From the NCBI GenBank assembly GCA_000004695.1, contig CM000153.2, positions 4,672,001 through 4,736,000 of the forward strand: a DNA stretch of 64,000 nucleotides, given 5' to 3'. This DNA comes from Dictyostelium discoideum (taxonomy: Eukaryota). The translations under genes and the position numbers were made by a program. Positions 1-12,285 of this stretch are shown here, one piece after another. A model generated the notes under the pieces. The model worked only from the letters and a program-made list of their open reading frames with translations. It ran no database searches and was not told the origin of the DNA. Each line of letters opens with the position of its first letter. The stretch's first letter is position 1.

Positions 1-99
1 ATTATTATTAAAATAATAATTAAATAACATTAATATTAATATGATTTTTTTAATAATAAATTTATTATTTAAAAATTGAAAATAGTATACAATTTTTAG

Positions 100-491
100 T
101 ACAAAGAACATTACCAGAAATATTAAGAAGTTCAGTATTTTTAGGAACATATGCAGGTGTATATGCAGGAGCGATTTGTTTAATTAGACGTATTGTAGGT
201 AGAGATTTAAAATCAATGGCAGCAATTAGTGGTTTCTTTGCAGGTTTATTATCGATTTTAATAGAGAAAAAGAGTAGAAGATCAGAATTGGCTTTATATT
301 GTTTAAATCAAGCTATTGAAGTAGTTTGGAAAATGGCTGCTGCCAGAAAATTAGTTCCATTATTTAAGAATGGTGAAGTTTTAGTCTATATGATTGCAAG
401 TTCAATCTTATTGTATTTCTATCAAAATGAACCTGATAGTTTAAGAAGTAATATGAATGGTTTATTAAAATTCTTTATTGGTAAAAATTAA
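100..491 (+). CDS. 3'-terminal exon of a membrane protein; Tim17/PXMP4 (PMP24)-like or TMEM135-like C-terminus. The 5' part of the gene lies outside the window.
   Basis: Acceptor ttttag at about 94-99 precedes a reading frame that joins ORF 216..491 (…TLPEILRSSVFLGTYAGVYAGAICLIRR…SMAAISGFFAGLL…stop TAA at 489-491). The hydrophobic/Gly-rich pattern resembles peroxisomal PMP24/Tim17-fold proteins. Identity is tentative. Confidence 0.4.
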
Positions 492-736
492 TAATAATAA
501 AAGTAGTAATAATAAAATAAATAAAAAAATTTAAAAAATAAAATTTAAAAAAAAAAAAAAAAAAAAAAAGATATACTTTATTATATTCATATATATATAT
601 ATTGTTAAATTATATAAATATTTAAAACTTAATTTATTTATTTTATTTATTTATTTCTAATGTTAAAATTTTATTATCATTTTTATTAGTATTATTATTT
701 ACAAGTGGTTTATATTTATATTGGGGGTTAACATTT

Positions 737-1728
737 TTAATGTTGGTTATAAAATCTTTTATTTGAAGTGAAACCATTACTATTATTATTATTTTTATTA
801 TTAAATCTTGTTGGTTGGTCTTCTAAATCAATTATTTCAAGTTCTTGATCAGTATTATTTCCTTTACCATTATGATAGTGATGATGAGTATGATTATGAA
901 TTGGTACAGCATTTGGTGGTATTGGGAAACCCATTTGTTTATTACTACCACTATTATTAAAAAGTTGATTATTATTATTATGATGATGATTAAAATTTGA
1001 ATTCATACTATTCATTATATGTGTACTTCTTGGTGTATAAAATAATGAGTTACTATTATTACTTTGATCATCATCACCATCACTATTACCATTATTATGA
1101 AAAGTATGAGTTAAATGACTAGCACCACCAGTACTAGCACCAAAACTTGTGGAGTTAAAATTACTCATACCAAAACTTGAATTACCCATACTACCCAAAT
1201 TAAAATTACTTTTATCAAAAATCTTTTTTGAATTATTACTAATATTACTAAAACCTTTACTATTATTAGAAGAGGTTGAATATTTTAATGAACTTCCACT
1301 TGTGTCAACTGTATCATTAAATTCTAATGGTGTTGATGATAAAAATGATGGATTTATATCTTTATAATTTATTGATTGATTCATACTATTATTACTTTGT
1401 TGTTGTTGTTGTTGTTGTTGTTGTTGATAGTATTGATTTTGAGATTGTTGTTGAGATTGTTCATTAAAGTTTATATTTGGCATTGAAGTATTATTTAAAA
1501 ATGGGGATTTTTGATTTTGATTTCTATCGAAATTTACAGATTTGCTAATTTGTTCATTTGTAGTTGTTGGATTTAAATTTAAATTCTTTAAAGGTGAAGA
1601 AATTACTTTATAATTTAAACTTGTAGTAATATTATTATTGTTATTGTTTTGATTCGTACTTGCACTATTATAGAATAATGATGATTGATTATTACCATTA
1701 TTTATAGATGAATTTCTATTACTACTAC

Positions 1729-1777
<49 letters not shown>

Positions 1778-2548
1778 GTTATTATTTTTATTATTATTGT
1801 TATTATTACTACTATTATTACTCTTTAGCATTGATTCATCTAAAAATTGGCTATTGTTGTTTTGATCACCATTTTGGTGTTGTTGAAATTGAAACTCTTG
1901 ATATAAATGATTAATTGGTTGACCATTTTTATCATAAAATATTTCCACTTGAGTTGCTGATTCATTATATATACTACTATTATTATTATTATTATTCTCA
2001 AATATTAAATCACTATTATTACTACTACTTGTATCACCTCTACTATAAATTGAATATTGATTTCTATCTTCATTAAATTCAACTTTTGATTCTCTACCAC
2101 TTAATTTATTTATACTATTATTATAGTTATTATTATTATTATTGATATTGGTGTTATTACTGTCAATACTATTATTATTATTATTAATTTTCTTTGATTT
2201 GGTTGATGAGGAGAATGTTAAATTATTACTATTTATATCATTTTCATCATTTATTTCGTCATTATTATCGCCATCATCATCATCAATAAATAAAGTACTA
2301 TTATGTGTATTGTTATTATTATTACTACTACTATCGTTTCTATTTATATCCCCACCATCATTATTGTTATTATTATTACCGTTATTTATATTTTTATTAT
2401 TATTATTATTATTTTCAGAAGAGGTACTACTTGTGAAAAATGCAAATTTTGAAGGTGTATTCTTTAAAGAAGAACGTAGTTGTTTTGATGAGGATGTGGA
2501 AATAGAATTTTGATGATTTTTATGAATTGGTGTAATTGTTGAAAATGG

Positions 2549-2597
<49 letters not shown>

Positions 2598-3106
2598 GTT
2601 TTATTATTGCTTTTTATTGAAAAAGATGTAGACGATGTTTGTGATGTTTGTGATGTTTGTGGTGGTGGTGGTGGTGATGGTGTTTTTATTGGTGTTGTTA
2701 TTTTATTTATAATTTCATTTTGTTTCTGTTGTTGTTCTTGTTCTTGTTCTTGTTCATCATCAGTATTATTATTTTCATCTTGTTGATATTTAAAATTATG
2801 ATTATGTTGATGATTAATTTTATTATTAAAGTTTTGATTATTATTAATTATATTATTTTTTAAAGGTGTTTTAGTTAATATTGAATCTAATGGTGAAGAT
2901 TCTGGGTGTATTATAATATTTCTTAATTGGTCGATTCTGGGTGTTGAAAGTGCAAAATGTTCTTGTATACAATCAATACCAAATAATAAGGTTATCTTTA
3001 TCACTTCATTCCATTGTTGTTCTGGAAATAATTGAAGATATGAATTTATTGCTTTTGATGCTTTAGAAATACTAAAAGATGTTGAATTAATATTCTTATC
3101 TTTCAT
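737..3106 (-). CDS. Hypothetical protein, 789 aa, with long poly-Asn, poly-Gln and Ser/Thr tracts. Its N-terminal about 90 aa are non-repetitive.
   Basis: Single uninterrupted 2.37 kb ORF in 80% A+T DNA, starting at ATG 3104-3106 directly after an A/T-rich promoter region. The codon-structured AAT/CAA repeats are typical of Dictyostelium low-complexity proteins. No recognisable catalytic domain. Confidence 0.6.
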
Positions 3107-3218
3107 TTTCTTTTTCTTTTTTATTATTTATTTTTTTTTTTATATTTTTATTTTTTTTTTTCTATAAATTATTATTAATTTTTATTTTTATTTCTTTAAT
3201 ATATTTGTTTTAATCAAT

Positions 3219-3261
<43 letters not shown>

Positions 3262-3754
3262 AAAATTTGGAAAAGATTTAAATTGAAAAAAAAAAAAAAG
3301 CGCCAAAAAAAACACTTTTTCTTTTTTTTTTTTTTTTATTTTTATTTATTTTATTTTTTAATTTTTTTATTTTGAATGTTAGCATAAAAAATTGACGTGA
3401 ACTTATTATTAGAATTTTTATTAATTATTTCAAATAATATTACAACTTCAAAACACACATTAAAAAAAAAAATAAAAAATTAAAAAATTAAAAAATAATA
3501 ATAAAAAAAAAAAAATTAATTTAAAAAATAATAAATTAATAAAAAACAAAATGAATAAAAATTTGGGTCAAAATAAAATTTTCATATATATTAAAACAAA
3601 CAAATACATACATAAATAAACAAATACATAAATAAAAAAAATAAAAAATAAAAAATAAATAATAAAAAAAAATAAAAAAAAAAAAAAAAATAAAAAAAAA
3701 TAAATAAAAAAAATAAATAAATTAAAAATTAAAAATTAAAAATTAAAAATTAAA

Positions 3755-4272
3755 ATGGAAATACCAAATTTATCAGGATATTGTATTGATATAAATAAAA
3801 AAGAATATAATTCATTTGGTAAAGGAAGTAAAAGTGAAGGTGGTAATTGTTATCAATTAAACATTTATAAAGAAGTTGTATTAAAAGATCAAAAGAGATT
3901 AGAGGATGCACCAAAAAGTTTAAAGAATATTGATGTTTATGGTGGAGAGATTGGTGATTCAGAATATGAACCCATTGGATATAGAATAGGTGATTTAAAA
4001 AATAATATAAATGCAATCACCTTTTCAAATTTAACTATTGGTAAAAATTTAAATTCAACAACCATTGATTTATATCAAAATCAATATGGTATAATTTTTG
4101 AACCAAATGATATTCCAACTAAAATTTCAATTAATCCATTATCAAACTCTAATGATAATGATCCGACAAGTAAATTATTTTATCAAAATTTTCAAGATAT
4201 TCAATTTGAATTAAATCAACATTTTTGTTTATCAATTGGTTCTGTAATTTTTAAAATTATAAATAATAATAA

Positions 4273-4308
<36 letters not shown>

Positions 4309-5179
4309 TTCATCGTCATCATTTTCTTCTTCTTGCTCAACAATTGGAGAATTTTGTCAAATACCTGGTATTGAAAATGAATCAATTTATAAATTATTAG
4401 AACAAGATCCAATTAAATTTGTAAATAATTATTGTAATGCAAGTAATAAAGATTATTTAGATTTAAAAAAGTTTATTCAAAGATTACATTCAATATTTAA
4501 TCTCGTAAATTGGTCAATAGATTTTCAAAATTATCCAGCTTTATTATTTTTAATTTCAAATATCTATAGAGAAATTAATGAACAACATAAAGAATATCAA
4601 TTAGGAGTTGCAAAAAGATTAGAATATATCATTGAATTACCATTGATTTTACCATCAAATGAAATAAATCAATCATTTTCAAATCAATTATTAAATTTAT
4701 TTAAAGAAAATAATCAATTTCAAAAACCATTATTATTAAATTTATCTTTATTAATAAATAATAATATTAATAATAATAATAATAATAATAATAAATCAAA
4801 TAATGATGATATTTTTAAATTAATAATTAATAATGATAAATTTTTAAATTTATTTAAATCATTATTATCAAAAAATAATGAACAAGAAATTAAAAAACAA
4901 TATTATTTTACAACTAATATTAATCAATTTGAACCAATTTCAAAACAAATTATTAATGAAGAATTCATTTTAAAATTAGTTTCAATTATTAAATCTAATG
5001 GTATAAATGGTTTAATATTAAATAAAGATAGATCACCTTATTTAATTTTACCATCATCAAATTGTTTAATTGAACCATCAACTATTAAATTTGATGATTC
5101 ATTAACAAATCTTTATTCAAAAGAAAATCAAAACAAAACAATTAAATTTTTAGAAAAATTAAATAATATTAAAAAATAA
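3755..5179 (+). CDS. Hypothetical protein, 474 aa, Dictyostelium-type, with poly-Ser and poly-Asn tracts.
   Basis: Long ATG-initiated ORF that diverges from the 737..3106 gene, suggesting a shared bidirectional A/T-rich promoter at 3107-3754. No domain recognised. Confidence 0.55.
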
Positions 5180-5267
5180 TAAAAATTTAAAAATAAAGCG
5201 AAAGCAATCATGATGTTTTTTTTTTAAAAAAATAATAATACACAATATTTTATTTATTTATTTATTT

Positions 5268-7169
5268 TTAATCATTACCTAATTTTTTTAATTTATTTAA
5301 ACCAACTTTAATATTTGTTTGATTTCTTTTATATAATATAAAACCAACAATTATGAAAATTGTAGAACCAACAACACCAACAACTACACCTATAGTAATT
5401 TTTACCCATTCCCTTGATTTTTCATTATTACATCCTTGTTCATTTGTTGATGAAGTATGATCAATAAAAATACTAAAAGATGGATCCATTTGAATTAAAT
5501 TTTCATAATGTGGTATATTAATTGCTATTGATAAATTTGTTGAATTCGTAAATAAATATGAATTTGATAATGTTGTTATTGTACCATCAACAATACCTCT
5601 TTTTATAAAATTACAATTTAATGATCTATCATTTAATTTAATTTTAAAATTATCTAAATTATTATATATATTGATTGAATTAGTTGGACAATCATTTTCA
5701 ATTTGACTATCAACTTGACTTTGAATTATTAATTTCAAAGTATTTAAATCACTTTCAAATGAATAACTTGAAATTTCTATATTAAATTTTAAAGAATATG
5801 GTTCAATTTTAATTTCTTGGTTTGCAAATTTAATTTTATTATTAACATTTGAATCAATATCTTTATACCAATTAAATAATACTTTAATTTCTGTAGATTT
5901 ATTTAATGATTTTGAAATTGATGTTGAATTAATAGTTGTATTATAAAAATAGGTTTCAATTTGTTTGGTATCATTAATGGTTTGATTATTATATGACCAT
6001 AATATTGATTCTAAATTATATTGTTTTATAATTTTATCTTGAAAATCAAGTTCATTTAATGATTTAATTATAATTAATGATTTAAATTTTGAATTTTCAA
6101 ATAATTCTGTATTTGGACTTTTTAAATTAAATGATGTAGTTGAATTTTTGGATGGTTCTAAATTTGGAAAAGTGGGAGTTATTATTATACAATTCGTATT
6201 ATTATTAGTAAGAGTGAATGGACAATCACAACTATATGTACCAATTTTATTATTACAAATAAAATTTATTGGACAAGTATAATTATTAAAATCGCCATCT
6301 GAAATTAAACATTCATCAATATCAATACAATCACCTTTAGCATTTAATTTAAAACCTGGACTACAATAACAATCTGCATTGACTCTATCACATGTTCTAT
6401 TACCAACACATGGATTAATTGGTTGATCACAAAAATTAATTCTACAAAATTCATCAATTTGATATGCTTTATCACATAAACATTTACTATTATTTACACA
6501 TTTTCCATAATTACAATTTGGACATTTAAATTCTGCATACCAAAAAGTTGAATAATATGAATTTATTGCACCAAATTGTTTACAATAACCATTTCCATTT
6601 GTTTCATTTAAAACCAATAATGATGAATTAAAATTTGGTATGAAATATGTGATATTATTTGAACAACTTTGAATAATTAAATCTTTTTCAATTTTATAAT
6701 TAACTGTTTTAATAAAGGAATCACTTGAATTTAAACAATTTTTTCCAAAATTATAAATATTTGTAGTATAAAAATTTGAGTAACAATTTGTAACTGGTAA
6801 ATTACCATTTTCAATTGTATAATAATTTGTTCTACCTATTTCTGCGTATCTAATTTTAATTAATTAATATTTAGAGAAAAAAAAAAAAAAAAAAAATGAA
6901 AAAAAAAAAAAAAAAAAATTATCTTACATTGGAGGTGAAGTAGGTGTTATAATAGGACATTTAGGTTGAATTGTAAAGACATAGCTATTTGAATAACCAA
7001 TAGATTTACACATGACTCCTTGAATTTGTTCATTTTTTATATTAGAACAACCATAATTTGTATAATTTGAAACTGATGAGCATTGTGAAAAAACAAAATT
7101 ATTTTTGTTTAAGTGAACTATAAATAATAATATTAATATTATTTTGATATTACCAAATATTTTAACCAT
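5268..7169 (-). CDS. Type-I membrane protein with a signal peptide, calcium-binding EGF-like (cbEGF) domains and a C-terminal TM helix. Two exons: 7169..6928 and 6849..5268.
   Basis: Exon 1 (ORF 6924..7169) encodes the signal peptide MVKIFGNIKIILILLFIVHL and ends at donor GTAAGA (6927-6922). A 78-nt A/T intron ends in ttag. Exon 2 continues in frame as …PPIYAEIGRTNYYTIENGNLPVTNCY…LVLNETNGNGYCK… through the ORF at 5268..6617. Motif CIDIDECLISDGDFNNYTCP…GTYSCDCP indicates cbEGF. C-terminal TM ITIGVVVGVVGSTIFIIVGFILY is followed by a KRNQ cytoplasmic tail. Confidence 0.65.
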
Positions 7170-7455
7170 TTTATATCATTTAATAATAAAATAAATTAAA
7201 TGATTTATAAAAAAAAAAAAAAAAAAAAAAAAATTTCGTTAAAACTTGATCTATCTAAAAAAAAAACAATTTGGTTAAAACTTGATTTATAATATTTTCA
7301 GAAAAAAAAGTTTTTTTTTGTCAAAATTGTTGTCCTATTAAAATTTATAAAACATAAGGAGTCTCATATAAATTTTTTTAATTTTTTTTTTTGTCTAATA
7401 CATATATATTTTATCTTTACTAATTTCAGTCATTTTTAAACTTTCACCAATAGTT

Positions 7456-8028
7456 GTGCCATGTAAAATATGTGGCCAAAAGGTATCACTTTCTGATATA
7501 AAAAATCATATTTTAGATGAATGTATACCAGTTTTTTTAGACATTTATGGTTTAAGGCATCAATTACCAAATCAAAATGAATATAAATCCCTATTGGAAG
7601 AAAACAATAAATTAAAACATGAAGTTTACATTTTAAAAGAAGAAAATTCTAAACTAAGATATATATCATCCTCAAACTCAACAATTTCATCAAGATCAAG
7701 CGATGTATATCCAGTAGTATCAAATGAAAATAATGATAGCGAATTAGTAAAAAAGGAACCAATAGAATATAAAGAGTCAGAAATTAAATTTTATGATGAA
7801 TTTATAGATGTAGATTTAAATAATGATGCTTCAACATGCTTTTTAGCACAAACTTTTAAAGAAAAAAGTGAAGATGATAAAATAATTAATGTAATACATT
7901 GTCCTAAACCAGCAAGGGGGAGTTTAATAATTGATGTAATCCATGGTAATTATTCTATCACAGTGTGTAAATTTACACATTTTACAGAAATGAAATCATT
8001 GGAGGCGATTAGAAAAATATTTATGTAG
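7456..8028 (+). CDS. Small protein with an N-terminal C2HC zinc finger resembling the Rad18/UBZ4 type (CKICGQKVSLSDIKNHILDEC), followed by a coiled-coil segment. Start codon uncertain.
   Basis: ORF begins at a non-ATG codon. The frame stays open back to a ttcag acceptor at about 7423-7427, so a short 5' exon may exist. Stop TAG at 8026-8028. Motif C-x2-C-x12-H-x4-C matches UBZ4-like fingers. Confidence 0.35.
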   Translation: MPCKICGQKVSLSDIKNHILDECIPVFLDIYGLRHQLPNQNEYKSLLEENNKLKHEVYILKEENSKLRYISSSNSTISSRSSDVYPVVSNENNDSELVKKEPIEYKESEIKFYDEFIDVDLNNDASTCFLAQTFKEKSEDDKIINVIHCPKPARGSLIIDVIHGNYSITVCKFTHFTEMKSLEAIRKIFM

Positions 8029-8134
8029 TTTCCAAAAGGTGTTGGAAACTACATAAATATTGAAATTCATATTGGTTATTGGTAATCCAGATGATTTTAT
8101 TTTTAAATGATCTGTACATTTAAAACCACATACA

Positions 8135-9317
8135 ATGCATTTTCCAATTCTTAATGGATCAGCTTTATTTACATCTTCTTTTTTTGAATCTAAAGTCATT
8201 GGAGCTCTTAGAATTTTTAATAATACTAGTTTAAAAGTGTGGAAAAATTATCATGAAAGTAAGTATTTTTATATTAATTTAAAAATTTTAATTTTAATAT
8301 TTATTAATATTTTGATATATTAGTTTTAGAAGAAAAAAATAATAAATTAGTAAATCATACACAACATAAAATAAACAACATTGCCACAGAAGAAACAATT
8401 GATGATACAACTTCAAGTAATCAAAGTGAGCCAAGTAAGCCAAGCAAGCCAAGTAAGCCAAGTGAGCCAAGTGAACCAAGTGAGCCAAGTGAACCTGTTA
8501 ATGCAACTACAACAATAGAAGGTAAAAAAAGAAAATACACAAAAAAAAAATAAAAAAAAAATAGTAGTTTATTAAATAATTTATAAATTAATTAAGACTT
8601 CTATTGTTTTTTAATTTTATTATTATTTTTTCATACTAATATTAGTATATTTGTTTTTAAAAAGGATTAAATGATAAAGATTTTAAATCGTTAATTGGGA
8701 TTACTAAGATTCAATTTCAAGATTTATTAAATAAAATTTCACAAAAAACAAAAAAAAAGAGATAACAGGGGGAGATCAAGTATTTATAATGTAAAAGGTA
8801 AACTTATTATAACTATGATTTGGCTTCGTCATTATCTCAAACCGATTATTTTTAAAATTTTATTTAAAGTGAGAATGTTATAAGAAATTATACAGATCAA
8901 ATAGTTGAAATTTTATATTTATTATCTTTTGATAGTTTTAATTATCACACAATTAATAGGATTAATCAAAAAGCAGTTTTTATTAATGAATTAAATGAGC
9001 AATGTATTGTTACATCCATTGTGGATAGATCAGAGCAAAGATCAGTAGTTGCATTGGATAAAATAGCTAAAATTAACAACTTCAGTGCTAAAAAAGGATA
9101 TCCTACATTAACCAAATTCGTTTTTTGTAGCCCTGATGGTAAAATACAATATTTATCGAAAAGTAGAAATGGATCAAGGAATGACCAATCCATGATGTAT
9201 GAAGTTAGTGAATTTATTAATAAATTCGATGACTCTTGTGAACATATAATGGGCGATAAAGGCTTTCAAGGATCCGATAAATTATATTCTAAATTTTTAG
9301 TAATTTCGAGAAAAACC

Positions 9318-9369
<52 letters not shown>

Positions 9370-9665
9370 TAATAATAATAATAATAATAATAAAAATAAT
9401 AATGATGGTGATATAAATGGAGAATGTTTTGAACCAGAATATTATATAAGCGATGAAAAAGAATCAGAAGCAAGGTTTAAATCGATTAGAATAATAATTG
9501 AAAATGTTTTTGCTCATTAAAAAATATTCAATTACCTGTCTCACTTTTAGATTTAAGAATAAGATTGAATCAACAACTTTATTGGACTATCATCATAAAA
9601 TTTGGTGTGTTGTTGCATTTTTGGTTAACTTGTATGTTGAAATTAGAAAGAAAGAATAAACTCTC
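8135..9665 (+). mobile_element. Degenerate Harbinger/PIF-like DNA-transposon transposase gene (DDE_Tnp_4 / HARBI1-like) with host-type introns, broken by frameshifts and stops.
   Basis: Three exons splice in frame through canonical GTAAGT…TAG and GTAAAA…AAAG introns: 8135-8257 (MHFPILNG…VWKNYHE), 8325-8520 (…SEPSKPSKPSKPSEPSEPSEPSEPVNATTTIEG) and 8669- (GLNDKDFKSLIGITKIQFQDLLNKISQKTKKKR). An A9 homopolymer then shifts the frame into …NRGRSSIYNVKGKLIITMIWLRHYLKPIIFKILFKV (an HTH typical of Harbinger transposases). Downstream pieces retain …FCSPDGKIQYLSKSRNGSRNDQSMMYEVSEF…HIMGDKGFQGS (GS-x-hD and LGDkGF catalytic-core motifs). A C-terminal piece RFKSIRIIIENVFAH…HKIWCVVAFLVNLYVE is also recognisable. 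Confidence 0.55.
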
Positions 9666-10195
9666 ATATTAATTTAATATGAAAAAAACATTTTCATTTC
9701 AAAAAAAAAACTTTTTTTTCTGAATATATTATAATATGAATAAAATAAAATTTAATTTACCCCAAAAATATCTTACACAAAGGATTTAATTTTTATTTTA
9801 AAAAGATTTTTCGGCATTATATTTTAATCAAAGGGGCTGCCAGGAATGAAAATATCTTAAGCCTATAGAATTTTCTAAATTTTTTTTTTTTTTGAGACCA
9901 CCTTTTCCATATCACTCACCTTGGAATTTCTTTTTTTTTTTTTTTTTATTTTTTTTTAATATTGATTAATCATAGTTTATACTTAAAGGAAATACACAAT
10001 AACTAATAGTTTTATTTAGAAATTTTTTTACTTCATTTTATAATTTAGTTTTTCGATTTTGGTTTGAATTTTAAAATAGTGTTGTTGGTTTTGTTATTAT
10101 TATATTATATTATTTTTTTTTTTTTTTTATATTTTATTTATATGAATTGGTTGAATGAGATGAGATTTGGTCGCACAAAGTGTTTTCCGAGACGA

Positions 10196-10731
10196 TTTTT
10201 TTTTTTTTTTTTTGATATAAATAAACTATTGTAGTATACAATTAGTATGTTATTTTTATTTATTTATTTTAGGTTTTTTAGTTTTTGTGAATTTAAAATG
10301 GTATGTTATTTTAGATTAGGTAATTAATAATTAATTGGTGGTGTAATTGTTGGAATTGGTTCATAAGTGTTTATGCTCCATTCTTTTTTAAATTTTTTGA
10401 TTGTTTCGGACCATTGGGTTTCTTTTTGAGTTTTTGTGAGGTTGTTTTTAATTGAGTAATGGTTGAAGTTTGATAATGTTCTTGAATATTCCAATCTTAT
10501 TAGCTTGTGCCATTTTGATTTTAATATATCATAATCTAGTGTTGTGTTGTTTATTTGGTTGTTCCAATTATCAATTGATTGAGTTATATTGATGTCAAAT
10601 AATGATTTGCATAACCATATCCATATTTGGTGAATAACTAATGAGATTATGTTCCAATATGCATGTGTTCTGACTAGATCAAGATTTGTGTTTATATAAT
10701 TCCAGTTGAACCTGTATTTTTTATATTGTGC
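10196..10731 (-). mobile_element. 5'-truncated non-LTR retrotransposon fragment of TRE3 type (tRNA-gene-targeted, downstream-inserting), with oligo(A) tail and 14-bp target-site duplication.
   Basis: The direct repeats GTTTTCCGAGACGA at 10182-10195 and 10732-10745 bracket the element. Its 3' end is a T18 run on the plus strand (10196-10213), which is oligo(A) on the minus strand. It sits about 40 bp downstream of the tRNA-Ala 3' end, immediately after an ex-B-box-like GGTCGAGTGTTCGATTCTCG. ORF 10324..10764 is a C-terminal retroelement ORF fragment. Confidence 0.55.
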
Positions 10732-10764
10732 GTTTTCCGAGACGAGAATCGAACACTCGACCAA
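10324..10764 (-). CDS. C-terminal fragment of the retrotransposon ORF inside the TRE3-like element.
   Basis: 146-aa ORF with no ATG context, ending shortly before the element's oligo(A). It lies wholly within the TSD-bounded insertion. Confidence 0.4.
   Translation of the reverse strand: MVECSILVSENAQYKKYRFNWNYINTNLDLVRTHAYWNIISLVIHQIWIWLCKSLFDINITQSIDNWNNQINNTTLDYDILKSKWHKLIRLEYSRTLSNFNHYSIKNNLTKTQKETQWSETIKKFKKEWSINTYEPIPTITPPINY
10743..10762 (-). promoter_or_regulatory. External B-box-like pol III element (GGTCGAGTGTTCGATTCTCG) downstream of tRNA-Ala.
   Basis: GTTCGAnTC B-box consensus about 30 nt past the tRNA terminator T-run. Dictyostelium tRNA genes commonly carry such ex-B boxes, which are the landmark for TRE3 integration. 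Confidence 0.4.
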
Positions 10765-10788
10765 TTTCCCCTGTAAAAAAAAAAAAAT

Positions 10789-10884
10789 TGGAGAAGAAGG
10801 GTATCGATCCCTTTACCTTATGGAAATCTGATTATCGTTGCTGTTTATGCAAACCATACGCTCTACCATATGAGCTACATCCCC
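10789..10884 (-). tRNA. tRNA-Ala (anticodon UGC) with an apparent 23-nt intron 3' of the anticodon.
   Basis: Minus-strand sequence GGGGATGTAGCTCATATGGTAGAGCG-TATGG-TTTGCA-[TAAACAGCAACGATAATCAGATT]-T-CCATA-AGGTA-AAGGGATCGATACCCTT-CTTCTCCA. Features are the G3:U70 Ala identity pair, D-arm GCTC/GAGC, anticodon stem TATGG/CCATA, T-arm AAGGG/CCCTT with loop ATCGATA, and discriminator A, followed by a T13 pol-III terminator (10775-10788). Confidence 0.7.
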
Positions 10885-10930
10885 ATTGACGAAAAAATTT
10901 AATTAATAGCAGTTACCATATTAATAGTGT

Positions 10931-11768
10931 AATCAGAAACAACAACAACAACAAAACAACAACAAAACAAAATCAACTACAACTACAACTACACTGGCAA
11001 TGCAAGCAAGCATGGACCCAATTAAAAACTCCACAAAATAAACAAACACACTACGAACACCTCCCAAAATTAAAAAAAATATACGAGGATATGATGACAA
11101 CTCAATCTCCAGAACACAACAAATTCATACCAACTCCTGGCCAAAAAGAAATAATGACCAAAATTAATAGCAAACACCTTCCATTTAAAGAAATCAAAAA
11201 AATAATAAACATGAAAGGTAGAGATCTATTATGGAGATACACACTGAAAGCATTACCAAAAATATACAACATGCCATGCCAACAGTGTGGGGAAGATGAG
11301 ACTTCAGAACATATATTCTTCAACTGCAAAGCCCACATCAAAAACACACAAGAAATATTCAACTACACCCTAACTAAGTGTGGACACACCACTCACACCT
11401 GGAATGTGAAGATTTTAAACCATCTACAAATCGCACTAGTAGCCAATTTAATAGCTATTATATTCGAAAGAATCTGGCACAAAAGAAATAAACTCATTCA
11501 CGATGAAAAAGAAATAATAATTCACAGACAACAAGTCATACGTGAACTGATTAAAACACAAAGAGCTGCATGGGACAGGACACAAGCGGTTATAAACAAA
11601 ACATTAAGAATCAAATCAAAGCAACGGCCAGAAGAACAAAATAAATTAGACTCCTTAATTTCGGTAAAGCTATTCCAATTTAGCAGACAAGGGAACTCCC
11701 CTTTTTCCCCAAAAAAAATTTCCGAAACATTTCAAAAAAAAAAAAAATTCCCCCGGGCTTTTTTTTAA

Positions 11769-11844
<76 letters not shown>

Positions 11845-12138
11845 TGGGAACCCAAGTTAATCAGAAAATTTCCAGATTTTTAACTTTTTAAAGAAAAATA
11901 AAAAAAATAGAAAGAAAATAAAATGAAAATCACAAACAACACCACAAATATTAAGCAACACAAATGCCTACAAAAAATAAGCGAAATTGTGGATAAAACT
12001 CAATTAAAAAAAAAACAATTCAAATACGTCATAAACATCAATCACGAACCAGACGATAAAATAAAAAAAGATTTAGAAAAAAGTTTGGACAAAAAAGATG
12101 TTTTAATCAAAAGTAATAATACAATTCAAAATTCGAAA

Positions 12139-12184
<46 letters not shown>

Positions 12185-12285
12185 CCAACCCCTCTTTTAG
12201 AGACCCTGTAAAAAAAAAAAAAAAATAAAATAAAATGAGATCTAGCATCTCAAGGAGAAGCAAATAATAATTGCGTTATCCAATT

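Noticed and set aside
1149-2513. Plus-strand ORFs (1149..1367, 1708..1914, 2142..2513) rich in Leu, Tyr and Phe.
   Set aside because: They are antisense reading frames of the poly-Asn/Gln gene 737..3106. They arise from codon-structured AAT/TTG repeats.
8023-8088. Possible GT…AG intron joining the zinc-finger ORF to the downstream transposase exon.
   Set aside because: The splice would run straight into a stop codon, so the two are treated as separate units.
7996-8199. Minus-strand 67-aa ORF with a CxxC motif (MTLDSKKEDV…CIVCGFKCTDH…).
   Set aside because: It overlaps the 3' end of the plus-strand zinc-finger gene and the first transposase exon. It has no splice or promoter support and is most likely antisense noise.
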